A DNA stretch of 64,000 nt from a virus (lineage: Duplodnaviria; Caudoviricetes): IMG/VR virus record IMGVR_UViG_3300028197_000002; one strand, 5' to 3'. The notes beneath the pieces are model-generated. The model did not search any database. It was not told where the DNA came from and was given only the letters and a program-made list of their open reading frames with translations. Shown here piece after piece: positions 39,334-48,566 of the stretch (positions are counted from its first letter, which is position 1; the number at the start of each line of letters is the position of its first letter). The translations under genes and the position numbers were made by a program.

Positions 39334-39930
39334 TCAACCGCAGCTTCCACCTTCATGACCCCATCCGATTCTTGTAGATGGTGCATGTCCACAATCTCCG
39401 GGTTGAGTTTCCCCTAGTTGGCCATTAACGCTATTCCACCAAGATTTTTCTTCGTCTGTCATTTCTTTAGTTTCAAGCAATTCTTTAATTTTGCTAATAT
39501 TGCTTTTTACTTCTTGAACAACATCTGTCGCTTTTCCTTCTAAAAGAGATTCAAGCTCAGAGAGAATTTTTTCTAGTTGATTGTTTTCTTCTGTTTGAAC
39601 CTCTTCAGTTTCAGCTGTTTCTTCTGCTTTGACTTCTTCAGTTTCAGCTGTTTCTTCTGCTTTGACTTCTTCAGTTTCAGCTGTTTCTTCTGCTTTGACC
39701 TCTTCAGTTTCAGCGGTTTCTTCTGCTTTGACTTCTTCAGTTTCAGCTTGAGCTTCTACTGTTTCTTCTGCTTCTGCTTTTACTTCTTCATTTTCGGCTG
39801 CTTCTGACTCTTCTATTTCAGTGTTAGCACCCATAGGTTGTTGAGTTAAATTGTGAGGTTGTCTTAAGCCTAAGACTTGCGCACCATATAAAGACTCATT
39901 TAGTTTTTTGTACTCGCTGTAAGACAACAT
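39334..39930 (-). CDS. acidic repeat-containing protein
   Basis: MLSYSEYKKLNES start; AETEEVKAEET repeats; SD AAGGAG. Confidence 0.75.
   Translation of the reverse strand: MLSYSEYKKLNESLYGAQVLGLRQPHNLTQQPMGANTEIEESEAAENEEVKAEAEETVEAQAETEEVKAEETAETEEVKAEETAETEEVKAEETAETEEVKAEETAETEEVQTEENNQLEKILSELESLLEGKATDVVQEVKSNISKIKELLETKEMTDEEKSWWNSVNGQLGETQPGDCGHAPSTRIGWGHEGGSCG
39601..39747. repeat. 33-nt coding tandem repeat, four full copies plus a partial copy
   Basis: Unit (c/t)tcttcagtttcagctgtttcttctgctttgac at 39601, 39634, 39667 and 39700. Confidence 0.95.
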
Positions 39931-39965
39931 AACAAATATTCTCCTTTTTTATTTAAGTTACATAT

Positions 39966-40691
39966 ATGAAAAACATACTAAAAATCGTATTGTTAATATT
40001 TATATCTATACTTTTAATCTTAATTTTTAATAAAAAAGAAAACACTCTCTCGAAGCCAGTTCCCTTTGAAAAGTTACCTTTAAACCACAATTCAGAGTCT
40101 GATCTCTGCGGATTTGAAAAAGTAGATTATTTCGAATGTGATTTTCTAATTCAAAATGCAAATTTTCCTTTTATTAAGCAAAAAGGGAAAATGTACATAA
40201 GCAAACCAAACAACATGTTTATAAAGAATTCATCTTTAGAAATAGGCTTAAACAAAAATTATTTCTGGTTCTGGTCAAAACATTTTAACCCTAAAAATTT
40301 ATATTATTGCAAAGCAAGAGATTTGGAAAATAGTCGTTTAAAAAAGTCTCTTAGTCCAATAATATTCAAAAAAATACTGACTTTAAATCCTAATGATGCT
40401 GAATTTAAAATAGGCAATGAAGATTTTAAGTTAATAATTCACATGGAAAAAATAAAAGAAAAAACAATAATAGTTAAAAAAATCTACAAAGACAATAATT
40501 TAGCAATAGAAGTATTCATAGAAGAATTTCAAGTAAAAGATGAGAAATCTTTTCCTAAAAAAATAAGAATAAATTGGCTAGAGGAAGACCTAGCGTCGAT
40601 TTGGACTTTAAGCAATATTGCACTAGATAATGAAAAAAAATGGAAAATTCAAGAAAAAAATAACATCAATAGAATTGACATATCAAACTAA
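39966..40691 (+). CDS. hypothetical membrane-anchored protein
   Basis: N-terminal TM segment; beta-rich body. Confidence 0.65.
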   Translation: MKNILKIVLLIFISILLILIFNKKENTLSKPVPFEKLPLNHNSESDLCGFEKVDYFECDFLIQNANFPFIKQKGKMYISKPNNMFIKNSSLEIGLNKNYFWFWSKHFNPKNLYYCKARDLENSRLKKSLSPIIFKKILTLNPNDAEFKIGNEDFKLIIHMEKIKEKTIIVKKIYKDNNLAIEVFIEEFQVKDEKSFPKKIRINWLEEDLASIWTLSNIALDNEKKWKIQEKNNINRIDISN

Positions 40692-40921
40692 GAAAGCCCA
40701 CTTCTTCTTTGTTTAAGTATACTCTGCACTCTTTTTTTTCTTTCTTCATCTCTTTGAGTTTTTGTCATTCCATTAACTTTGACTTCGCCTTGAGCTTGAA
40801 TAGAAATTTGATTTCTTGTTGATTGATTTGCAATTGTTCTATTCGTTGATCTGCTTGAAATTGGACCTAAAGCTTGTCTAGATCTTCTACCTCCACCGCC
40901 TCCTCTACATCCACAACCCAT
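40688..40921 (-). CDS. small basic protein MGCGCRGGGGG
   Basis: SD AGGAG; Cys/Gly start and Arg-rich body. Confidence 0.65.
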   Translation of the reverse strand: MGCGCRGGGGGRRSRQALGPISSRSTNRTIANQSTRNQISIQAQGEVKVNGMTKTQRDEERKKRVQSILKQRRSGLS

Positions 40922-40930
40922 TTCATTCTC

Positions 40931-41104
40931 CTATAAAAATTTAATGCTTTTTTTTACTCTTTTATATAGTTGTTGACTACTTTGTATTTTCTTGCAATTT
41001 TTGCCTCGACATCCAAGAGATCTACCACCACCACAATTGCAATTTCGCTTGCCACCTTCTAGATTTCTTAATCTATTCAAATTCATTCGAAATTTCTTAC
41101 CCAT
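40931..41104 (-). CDS. possible small Cys/Gly-rich protein (57 aa)
   Basis: Hand translation MGKKFRMNLNRLRNLEGGKRNCNCGGGRSLGCRGKNC; no clear SD. Confidence 0.3.
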   Translation of the reverse strand: MGKKFRMNLNRLRNLEGGKRNCNCGGGRSLGCRGKNCKKIQSSQQLYKRVKKSIKFL

Positions 41105-41114
41105 ATAAATATTT

Positions 41115-42617
41115 ATGAAAAATAAATTAATTAAAAAAACAATTGAAGCTTCGAAATTAAAAATAACAGAAAGAAATTATGAAGAGCTTGAGCTAATAGC
41201 AACTCAAGCATTAAAAATATATGCAAATAATGTTAATTTTAAATGCTTGAATGTCATAGCCAAAAAGAATCTAAATAAAGAATACTTTAACCAAATTAAG
41301 GAAATAGAAAATAGCTGTGCAGGTAATTTTGACTTAACAAGCACATTGGGTTTATTTTTTATAGATTTAGAAGAAATTGAATTAGCTAAAGACTTTTTCA
41401 AATTAGCAATAGCAATAGACCCAAAAAAAGAAGATGCTTGGCTTAATTTAGGAGTTTGTTTGAGACTAGAGAAAAATCTTGAGCAATCTTTAAAGCACAT
41501 TAAAAAAGCTTATGAATTAAATGAAAATAACTTTACGACACTCATAAACCTTGCAGGCGTTTACGCAGAAAGTCTAGAAATAGACAAGTCAATAAAGCAT
41601 TTAGAAAAAGCTCTAAAAATTGAACCAAATTCAAGTAAGGCAAACGTAGACTTAGGATGTTCTTATTACATAAAAGGAAAAATGAAGAAAGGTTTCAAAC
41701 ACTACCAGTATAGGTTTGAAGAATTTGAAAATCTTAAAAAAATAAAAAAAGAATTTGAAAAACAAGAATGGAAAAAATGGGAAGGAGAAAGAATAAAAGA
41801 TGATCAAAAAATTATTTTCTTCTCAGAGCAAGGCATAGGCGACTGTATAAACTTCATTAGATTTGTACAAGATTTCAAAACAATAAATCCAAAAGCAAAA
41901 TTTAAAATAATCATTCCTTCTGAGGCTGATGGTCTTTTTTCATTTGAAGAAAATGAATTCATAAAAGATAAAGATTTTAATCTAAAAGACTTGTCTGGTT
42001 ATGATTTCTACTGTTCTATAATCGACATTCCTTATTACTTAAACATAAGTAAAAAAGAAATAGAGAGCAGGTTCAAGCCTTATATATTTGCAAATAAGAA
42101 ATGTGATTATTCTTATTTTGAAAATTTATTTAAAATAGGGATATGTTGGGCTGGTAATCCAAAACATTCAAGAGACAACGAAAGATCATGCAGTTTATCT
42201 TTATTTAAAGATATATATAAAATTCCAAATGTGAAATTATTCAGTCTGCAAAAAGAACTAAACTCAAGAATAAGACCTTATGAGAAAAAGCCTGTTAGCT
42301 TGTCCGACTGTACTGATATTAAAATTGTAAACATGTCTCCTCACATGAAAACATGGGAAGACACAGCTTCAATTATAGATGGGATAGATTTGGTAATAAG
42401 TGTAGACACTTCAATTCTTCACTTAGCATGCGCAATGGGAAAACAAACATTTGGATTGTTGCCTTTTTTTCCTGATTGGAGATGGGGAGTTCTTTCTGAT
42501 CGTAGTTACTTATATCCAACTCTAAAACTCTTTAGACAAAAAGAAGCAGGAAATTGGAATGATGTGTTTTTAGACGTTACCAATTCTATAAAAAAATTAA
42601 GCCTTGATTATTTTTAG
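41115..42617 (+). CDS. TPR-repeat protein with C-terminal GT9-like glycosyltransferase domain
   Basis: TPRs (AWLNLGVCL, LINLAGVY); SEQGIGDCINFIRF, IGICWAGNP, DLVISVDTSILHLACAMG, DWRW. Confidence 0.88.
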   Translation: MKNKLIKKTIEASKLKITERNYEELELIATQALKIYANNVNFKCLNVIAKKNLNKEYFNQIKEIENSCAGNFDLTSTLGLFFIDLEEIELAKDFFKLAIAIDPKKEDAWLNLGVCLRLEKNLEQSLKHIKKAYELNENNFTTLINLAGVYAESLEIDKSIKHLEKALKIEPNSSKANVDLGCSYYIKGKMKKGFKHYQYRFEEFENLKKIKKEFEKQEWKKWEGERIKDDQKIIFFSEQGIGDCINFIRFVQDFKTINPKAKFKIIIPSEADGLFSFEENEFIKDKDFNLKDLSGYDFYCSIIDIPYYLNISKKEIESRFKPYIFANKKCDYSYFENLFKIGICWAGNPKHSRDNERSCSLSLFKDIYKIPNVKLFSLQKELNSRIRPYEKKPVSLSDCTDIKIVNMSPHMKTWEDTASIIDGIDLVISVDTSILHLACAMGKQTFGLLPFFPDWRWGVLSDRSYLYPTLKLFRQKEAGNWNDVFLDVTNSIKKLSLDYF

Positions 42618-42706
42618 GTCTTTCATTTATAATTAATATTATCAAAATAATGTTTAATATTTATATATAAAATAGTACTAAAACAACGATTAATCAAGGA
42701 GGTGAC

Positions 42707-43300
42707 ATGTTGTTTAAATTAAATATCAAAACTGAACCTAACAAAATTGGTGAGGTTAAAATCATTGAGCCAATAGAAGCAAAGATTCAGGCTCTATCTG
42801 CTGCTTGGGACGAGCAGTCTAAAGAAATGCCAAAATCTGCTTGGTGGAAAAGAGCAATTAGTGGAGCAAATATATCTGCTGTTACAACCTTTTTAATGGG
42901 AGCAGTTGATGAATTGATTCAAACTGTCGAGGAGTTCGTTGATTACGGACCTGATAAAAAAGCCACTGTTTTAAATGGTATAGACAGATTATATGAGTAT
43001 GTAATTAAAGAAGCTTTACCCATATGGTTAAAACCATTTGCCAATCAAGTCAAGCAATACGTCATATACGTTTTGATTTCAAATGCAATTGATTGGATGG
43101 TTGGAAAATACAGAGACGGAAATTGGAAGCCTGAAGCAGCTGAAGAGGTTGTGGAAGTTAAAAGTTCAATCAAAGACCTTAATTTTTACAAATCTTTAAA
43201 AGTAACAGAACTAAAAGATCTACTTAGAAAAGCAGGTAAAAAAGTTTCTGGGACCAAAGATATCTTAATTAATAGATTAATAGGCCAGTTGACCAACTGA
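42707..43300 (+). CDS. hypothetical protein with C-terminal SAP-like domain
   Basis: SLKVTELKDLLRKAGKKVSGTKDILINRL; SD AAGGAGG. Confidence 0.7.
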   Translation: MLFKLNIKTEPNKIGEVKIIEPIEAKIQALSAAWDEQSKEMPKSAWWKRAISGANISAVTTFLMGAVDELIQTVEEFVDYGPDKKATVLNGIDRLYEYVIKEALPIWLKPFANQVKQYVIYVLISNAIDWMVGKYRDGNWKPEAAEEVVEVKSSIKDLNFYKSLKVTELKDLLRKAGKKVSGTKDILINRLIGQLTN

Positions 43301-43383
43301 TGTTCAAACAAAAGGTTCTTGGAAAAATTCCAAGAACCTTTATTTTAACAAATTAAATAATTAAATAAACAAGGAGGTTTATT

Positions 43384-44340
43384 ATGAAGAATAGATTGAG
43401 CTTATTTCCATACGAAATGGAAAATGTGTTTTCTATTCAGGAGGTCAAGCAAAAAGCCAGTTGGGGAATCAACGCTTTAAACGTGCCTTCTGTTTGGAAG
43501 AAATCTAAAGGTAAGGGAATTCGAGTTGCGGTCTTAGATAGTGGCTGCGATTTGGACCATCCTGATTTAAAAAACAATTTGCTTCCCGGAGCTAATTTCA
43601 TTAATCCAAGAAAAAAACCTTGGGATGACAACAATCATGGCACGCACGTCTGTGGAATAATAGCAAGCGAAAACAATGATATAGGAGTAGTAGGAGTTGC
43701 ACCTGAGTGCAAGATCATTCCTATAAAAGTTTTAGACAATGCTGGAAACGGAAGTGAAAAAAGTGTTTGTGAGGGAATAAGATGGGCTGTAGACAAAGGA
43801 AAAGCAGATTTCATCTGCATGTCTTTAGGCGCTCCTAATCCTGTTTCTGGAGTAGAGAAAGCTTTAAAGTACGCAACTTCAAAAGGAGTCATTTCCTTTG
43901 TTGCTGCTGGAAATTCGGGGAAGACAAAAAAAGTTTTTTATCCTGCTAATTATCCTGAAACGATAGCGATTGGATCTATTGACGAAAACAAAAGAAGATC
44001 GCACTTCAGCAATACAGGACACAATTTAGATTTTATGGCTCCGGGCAATAAGATTTTATCCACCGTACCGGATGACTGGTACGCTGTCTTAAGTGGAACA
44101 AGCATGGCAACACCTTTTATGGTTGGCATTGCTGCTTTACTTTTGTCTTATTCAAGAGCTAATGGAAATAAAATGCGATTGAAAACCAAAGCAGATTATG
44201 TGAAGGTATTCAAGCAGCATACTTTTCCAATTAAAAACGAAAAAATGAAAAATAATAGATTTTATGAAGGTTTTGGAATAGTAGATCCCAAGAAGCTATT
44301 TCAAAACTTAAAATCTTTTATGTTGGAGCTAATGTTATAA
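43384..44340 (+). CDS. subtilisin-like S8 serine protease
   Basis: VAVLDSG, HGTHVCG, SGTSMATP; no obvious signal peptide. Confidence 0.95.
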   Translation: MKNRLSLFPYEMENVFSIQEVKQKASWGINALNVPSVWKKSKGKGIRVAVLDSGCDLDHPDLKNNLLPGANFINPRKKPWDDNNHGTHVCGIIASENNDIGVVGVAPECKIIPIKVLDNAGNGSEKSVCEGIRWAVDKGKADFICMSLGAPNPVSGVEKALKYATSKGVISFVAAGNSGKTKKVFYPANYPETIAIGSIDENKRRSHFSNTGHNLDFMAPGNKILSTVPDDWYAVLSGTSMATPFMVGIAALLLSYSRANGNKMRLKTKADYVKVFKQHTFPIKNEKMKNNRFYEGFGIVDPKKLFQNLKSFMLELML

Positions 44341-44910
44341 TTCTTTTAATATTAGTTTATTTATTTCTTCTTGGATCAGGTTTTGTTGTTCAGAATTGTT
44401 AGAGTGTTTTTCGAATTGGCTTATTAGAGATTTTAATCCCATTATTACTAGCTTTAAACGATGGGCTTCTTCGTAATTTTCTTTTTCTACGCAAGAAGAA
44501 AGTTTTTTCTCTAATTTTACGAGAAAGTCTTTGAAATTAACTTCAAAGACTTTCTTTTTTTGCTCTGGAGATTTTCCTGAATGTGTGATTTCTTTATTGC
44601 TGGGAGTCGTTTGAGTCTTTTTTATAACTAATGATACAAAGTCTTGAAAAGTGGAATAACACAAAGAGCATCCGAGTATTCCAGTTTTTATATATTGCTC
44701 GAATGATAGTCCACATTCACAAACATTATTGCGAACAGAAGGGTGAATTATCAAAGAAGATTCTTTCGGTTTTTTAAAATCACTAAAAAAACAGTTTTTA
44801 CAAAGATCTAAATTTTCAACATTTCCGTCTTTGTTGATATCTGTCACATGATAACATTTGACAGCATTACACTCTTTTTTATTTATTGGACATTCCATAG
44901 GACATTCCAT
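44335..44910 (-). CDS. mcsA: McsA-like protein (CxxC motifs plus UVR domain)
   Basis: LDLCKNC, CECGLSFEQYIKTGILGCSLCYSTF, HSGKSP, CVEKENYEEAHRLK. Confidence 0.75.
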   Translation of the reverse strand: MECPMECPINKKECNAVKCYHVTDINKDGNVENLDLCKNCFFSDFKKPKESSLIIHPSVRNNVCECGLSFEQYIKTGILGCSLCYSTFQDFVSLVIKKTQTTPSNKEITHSGKSPEQKKKVFEVNFKDFLVKLEKKLSSCVEKENYEEAHRLKLVIMGLKSLISQFEKHSNNSEQQNLIQEEINKLILKEL

Positions 44911-44916
44911 AATTAG

Positions 44917-45840
44917 CTAATTGAAGAGTTCCCCACGCGCAGAACGATCAAGTACAGGAATTTGGCGGGCGAAGGAACCGGCAGGTGGGATTGATTTTCC
45001 AGATATTCGTAATTTAAATTCTAAGTCCACAGTTGAAGTACCAGATCCTGTGGTTTCTCTTTTAATCCAAATAGGCACTCCATCTCCCGGCCTTAAATCT
45101 CCTATTGAAATTGGATTGTCCGCAAAAGTATCAGAAAACACAACTCCAAAAGGAGTGGTTAAAGAATTCGGCAAAAGAGGAGCCTCAGAATTTATTGGCT
45201 GTCCTTCTGTAGCTTCACTAATGGAAATCGAAGCAGCAGGAGTTATGTTTAAATTTGTGGCTGTTAAAAGTTCATGATTTCTATTGTTCTCACCTCCTAA
45301 AAAAGAAATTAGAAAATCAGAATTCGAAGAAGCATTGACAACCACTCCAGAAAAATTTCCTCCCAGAACAGATAATCTATTTAACTCTCTTTGAATATTG
45401 TTTGCCATTTGTTCGGAATCACTACTGTACGGAATAGAATCCGTAGTTGATGTCTCATACTGTAATTTAAAACTTCCACTTGCAGGCGTTCCTGTGAGAG
45501 AAATATTTAAATTCTGAACTTCTGTTGAAGTTGATAATCCCAAAGTAATATTAGAAAAAACATCTCCTGTTCCTGATTGTTGAAGAACATAGATTGATGC
45601 TTCATACAAAGAATATAATTCTGAAGTATTGAATATATAAAAACACCTATAGTCAATTCCATCTGGTCCAAGGCTGGTCGGTGCCCCAAGGCCAGCGACA
45701 TCTGTAACATCTGTAAATATGCTATTCGCTATACCTTCTATTAAATTTACAGAAGCCTTCCCTCCAATTGATTTGGTAGGATCTAAATTGTTGCTACCGC
45801 CTGAATAGAAAAAATTGATGTCGCTTGCTGATATAGTCAT
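44917..45840 (-). CDS. putative virion structural protein
   Basis: DINFFYSGG, DYRCFYIFN, VPIWIKRE; S/T/G-rich beta composition. Confidence 0.55.
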   Translation of the reverse strand: MTISASDINFFYSGGSNNLDPTKSIGGKASVNLIEGIANSIFTDVTDVAGLGAPTSLGPDGIDYRCFYIFNTSELYSLYEASIYVLQQSGTGDVFSNITLGLSTSTEVQNLNISLTGTPASGSFKLQYETSTTDSIPYSSDSEQMANNIQRELNRLSVLGGNFSGVVVNASSNSDFLISFLGGENNRNHELLTATNLNITPAASISISEATEGQPINSEAPLLPNSLTTPFGVVFSDTFADNPISIGDLRPGDGVPIWIKRETTGSGTSTVDLEFKLRISGKSIPPAGSFARQIPVLDRSARGELFN

Positions 45841-45922
45841 TTTGATAATCTTTTTTTAAATAATTCGAACATGCTTATTTAGTTAAATTGACATCAATAA
45901 TTTCAAATACTAAAATAAACAC

Positions 45923-46837
45923 ATGAATTTCAGCATAGGAACAGATCCAGAATTTATTTTAACCGATATAGAGTATACACCAAAAAGCTCAATAGGAATA
46001 TTAAAACATAAAGATAAAGCTGTTCCGGGCGGTAAAAATAAAATTTACTATGACAATGTTCTAGCCGAAGTAAATACAACTCCTTCTTTTACAAAAGAAG
46101 ACTTTTTAAAAAATATTAAATATTCTTTAAAAAGTCTAGTTGAAGTGATTAAGCCTTTGAAGATCAGCAAAGATTCTTTTGCTATTTTTTCTAGCTCAGA
46201 ATTAAATCATAAAGATGCTTTTGAGTTTGGTTGTGAAAGAGAGTATTGCGCATACGATCTTGATGTACACCAGATGAGCTTTGCACTAGGGGATGCTAGA
46301 TTTGCAGGCGGACATGTTCACATAGGAATTGATATAAAAAATCAAGAAGAACAAGTCATGCTTGTTCGAATGTTAGATTTGTTTTTAGGAATTTCTTTAA
46401 TTTTAATAGATGATTCAAGAAATTGTCATAAAAGAAGATCTTGTTTTGGCAAACTTGGAAGATATAGAAAAACGTCATATGGGATTGAATACAGAACTCC
46501 AAGCAATTTTTGGATATTTTATCCAAGTTTAATTGAACTTGTATATGATATTGTTGAATTCGTCATTGATTTTGTAAAAAGAGAAAAGCATTTTAATTTT
46601 TGGAAAATAGATTATGACAAATTAAATTCTGATGAGTTCTGGAACAACGGTGGCAATCCTTCTGCGTGTCATGATTGCTTTGGATATGACGTAAACTTTT
46701 TAAAAAAAATAACCAAGAAAGAAGAATTGAAATTAAATTCAAATATAATTCAAATCATCAATTTGAATCTACCTAAAAAAATACTAGAAAAAGTAAAAGA
46801 AATTAAAGATAATAAAACAAGTTGGGATTTTATTTAG
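45923..46837 (+). CDS. phiEco32-like COOH-NH2 ligase type 2
   Basis: IGTDPEF, DNVLAEVN, GGHVHIG, GIEYRTPSNFW. Confidence 0.85.
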   Translation: MNFSIGTDPEFILTDIEYTPKSSIGILKHKDKAVPGGKNKIYYDNVLAEVNTTPSFTKEDFLKNIKYSLKSLVEVIKPLKISKDSFAIFSSSELNHKDAFEFGCEREYCAYDLDVHQMSFALGDARFAGGHVHIGIDIKNQEEQVMLVRMLDLFLGISLILIDDSRNCHKRRSCFGKLGRYRKTSYGIEYRTPSNFWIFYPSLIELVYDIVEFVIDFVKREKHFNFWKIDYDKLNSDEFWNNGGNPSACHDCFGYDVNFLKKITKKEELKLNSNIIQIINLNLPKKILEKVKEIKDNKTSWDFI

Positions 46838-47288
46838 GACCACGTTTCATAGGCACAGCTCTTAACTTTTCAACATGCTTGTCTTTTTTGCCTTTTAAAT
46901 TGTCCATCATATCTTTTAAATACTTGACCATTTCTGATGGCTTTTCACATGGGCATTTTTCTGAACTTTGAACCATAACTGACTTTTTATTTTTGTTGTA
47001 AAATCCTTTAGAAGTAATAAAACAACCTTTGTCAACTTCTGGATTGAAGCTAATCATTCCAACCCATTCTCCATCATCCCAATTTCTTGAAGAAACTAAA
47101 ATCCTTAAAGGTTCATTGTCAAATACTAACTTGACATGATATCCACAATTTTTCATCCCAGCACTTACGTATGATAATGCTATCTTAGCAAATCCGTTCA
47201 AGACATCTTCCATATTAGTTTTATAATTAACCGCTACAGAGTATCTTGATGCATCTTCTCTTAATGAATACCATTCTGTGAATTTCAT
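46830..47288 (-). CDS. hypothetical protein with capsid-targeting-like N-terminus
   Basis: MKFTEWYSLRE. Confidence 0.7.
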   Translation of the reverse strand: MKFTEWYSLREDASRYSVAVNYKTNMEDVLNGFAKIALSYVSAGMKNCGYHVKLVFDNEPLRILVSSRNWDDGEWVGMISFNPEVDKGCFITSKGFYNKNKKSVMVQSSEKCPCEKPSEMVKYLKDMMDNLKGKKDKHVEKLRAVPMKRGPK

Positions 47289-47303
47289 ATTTCTATATAG
47301 TCC

Positions 47304-48203
47304 TTAATCCATAGATATATAAGGCAAATCCCCAAATTTGAAAATCAAATCTTCAAACCATTTGACCCTATCTTCTCTTGCTTCTGTTAAGAGTTGTTGA
47401 CCATCTAAAACAACACCTCCACCAACTCCGGGAACATTTTGGTACTTGCTTCTAATTCTTCCAAGTATTTCTTTTGCATATGTCAAAGCTCCTTCTTGCA
47501 TGGCTTGAGTAACATCTCCCCAATCTTTACATTTTTGAAGATAGTGAACTATAACCTTTTGAGGTCGGTAGGGAATGGGATATAATTTAATAGTATTCAA
47601 ACCTCCAACAAATTCCCAGCCTCCAAGATTAGAACTTACTCTTGAAAACATTTCTTCGTATTGCTTGTAAAGAACCCACTCCCCCATTCTTCCCCATATA
47701 GGTTGGACAGGGTCTATCATGCCTCCTTGAATAGAAGCATAAGATCCACCGGGATAAAAATACTCTATAGGTATAGCTCCATCTAAATCACTACTTTGAA
47801 AACCAAAGCTTCCTATTTCTTTGTAAAAGACATTTCTCACCAATCCTACATCTGGTGGCATCTCATAGACACTTTTCCCAGCGACAGAATCAAACACATG
47901 ATACGAGAAATACTCTCGCCCAGCATAATCTTCAAAAACCTTAAGCGCTTGATCTACGCAAAAATCTAAAGCTTGTTCATCAAACTCTAATTTCAATGTA
48001 GGCGCTCCTAACATCAGCAAAACATAATCTCTGACTTGTTCTCTGACTTTTTCTCTTTTTTTTCTAGATTTGCAATTAACTCTTGGGTCTATTGGATCAA
48101 CTGGACCCAAATCTGAGCCTCCGGAAGAAGAACACAAAATAGAAGACATGTTGCCTTTTGTTGGTCTGTTTATTGCCAAAGTATTATTTCCGCTACAACT
48201 CAT
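47304..48203 (-). CDS. gp13: neck protein (T4 gp13-like)
   Basis: LMLGAPTLKLEFDEQALDFCVDQAL; YAKEILGRIRSKY..VPG.GG.V.LDGQQLLTEA. Confidence 0.88.
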   Translation of the reverse strand: MSCSGNNTLAINRPTKGNMSSILCSSSGGSDLGPVDPIDPRVNCKSRKKREKVREQVRDYVLLMLGAPTLKLEFDEQALDFCVDQALKVFEDYAGREYFSYHVFDSVAGKSVYEMPPDVGLVRNVFYKEIGSFGFQSSDLDGAIPIEYFYPGGSYASIQGGMIDPVQPIWGRMGEWVLYKQYEEMFSRVSSNLGGWEFVGGLNTIKLYPIPYRPQKVIVHYLQKCKDWGDVTQAMQEGALTYAKEILGRIRSKYQNVPGVGGGVVLDGQQLLTEAREDRVKWFEDLIFKFGDLPYISMD

Positions 48204-48263
48204 ATCATAATCTCCTTTACATTATATATAAAAAATAAAATAGAAGTTACTAAATTAAAAATT

Positions 48264-48566
48264 ATGTGGGATCAATATTTTAATAAGCCTTATTCTGGAC
48301 CTGTCAAAAAATATCTATTTGAAGTGTTGACAGAAAAATATGAAAAAAATGAGCCTGTTATAGACAGGCTCATGCATACCTTCGATATGAAAAAAGATAT
48401 TGAGGAATTAGTTGAGTTATTTGGAGATATTTACCAAAGTGGATATGAAGTTTCTTATAACCAATTTAAAGAAGAAATAGCAAAGCATGATTATTTAACC
48501 AAATTGCTTCCTCCTGAAGAGAAGGTCAAACAACAGAAAAATAATGCAATTTTCAAAGAAGACTAA
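48264..48566 (+). CDS. hypothetical protein
   Basis: 100 aa ORF. Confidence 0.65.
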   Translation: MWDQYFNKPYSGPVKKYLFEVLTEKYEKNEPVIDRLMHTFDMKKDIEELVELFGDIYQSGYEVSYNQFKEEIAKHDYLTKLLPPEEKVKQQKNNAIFKED

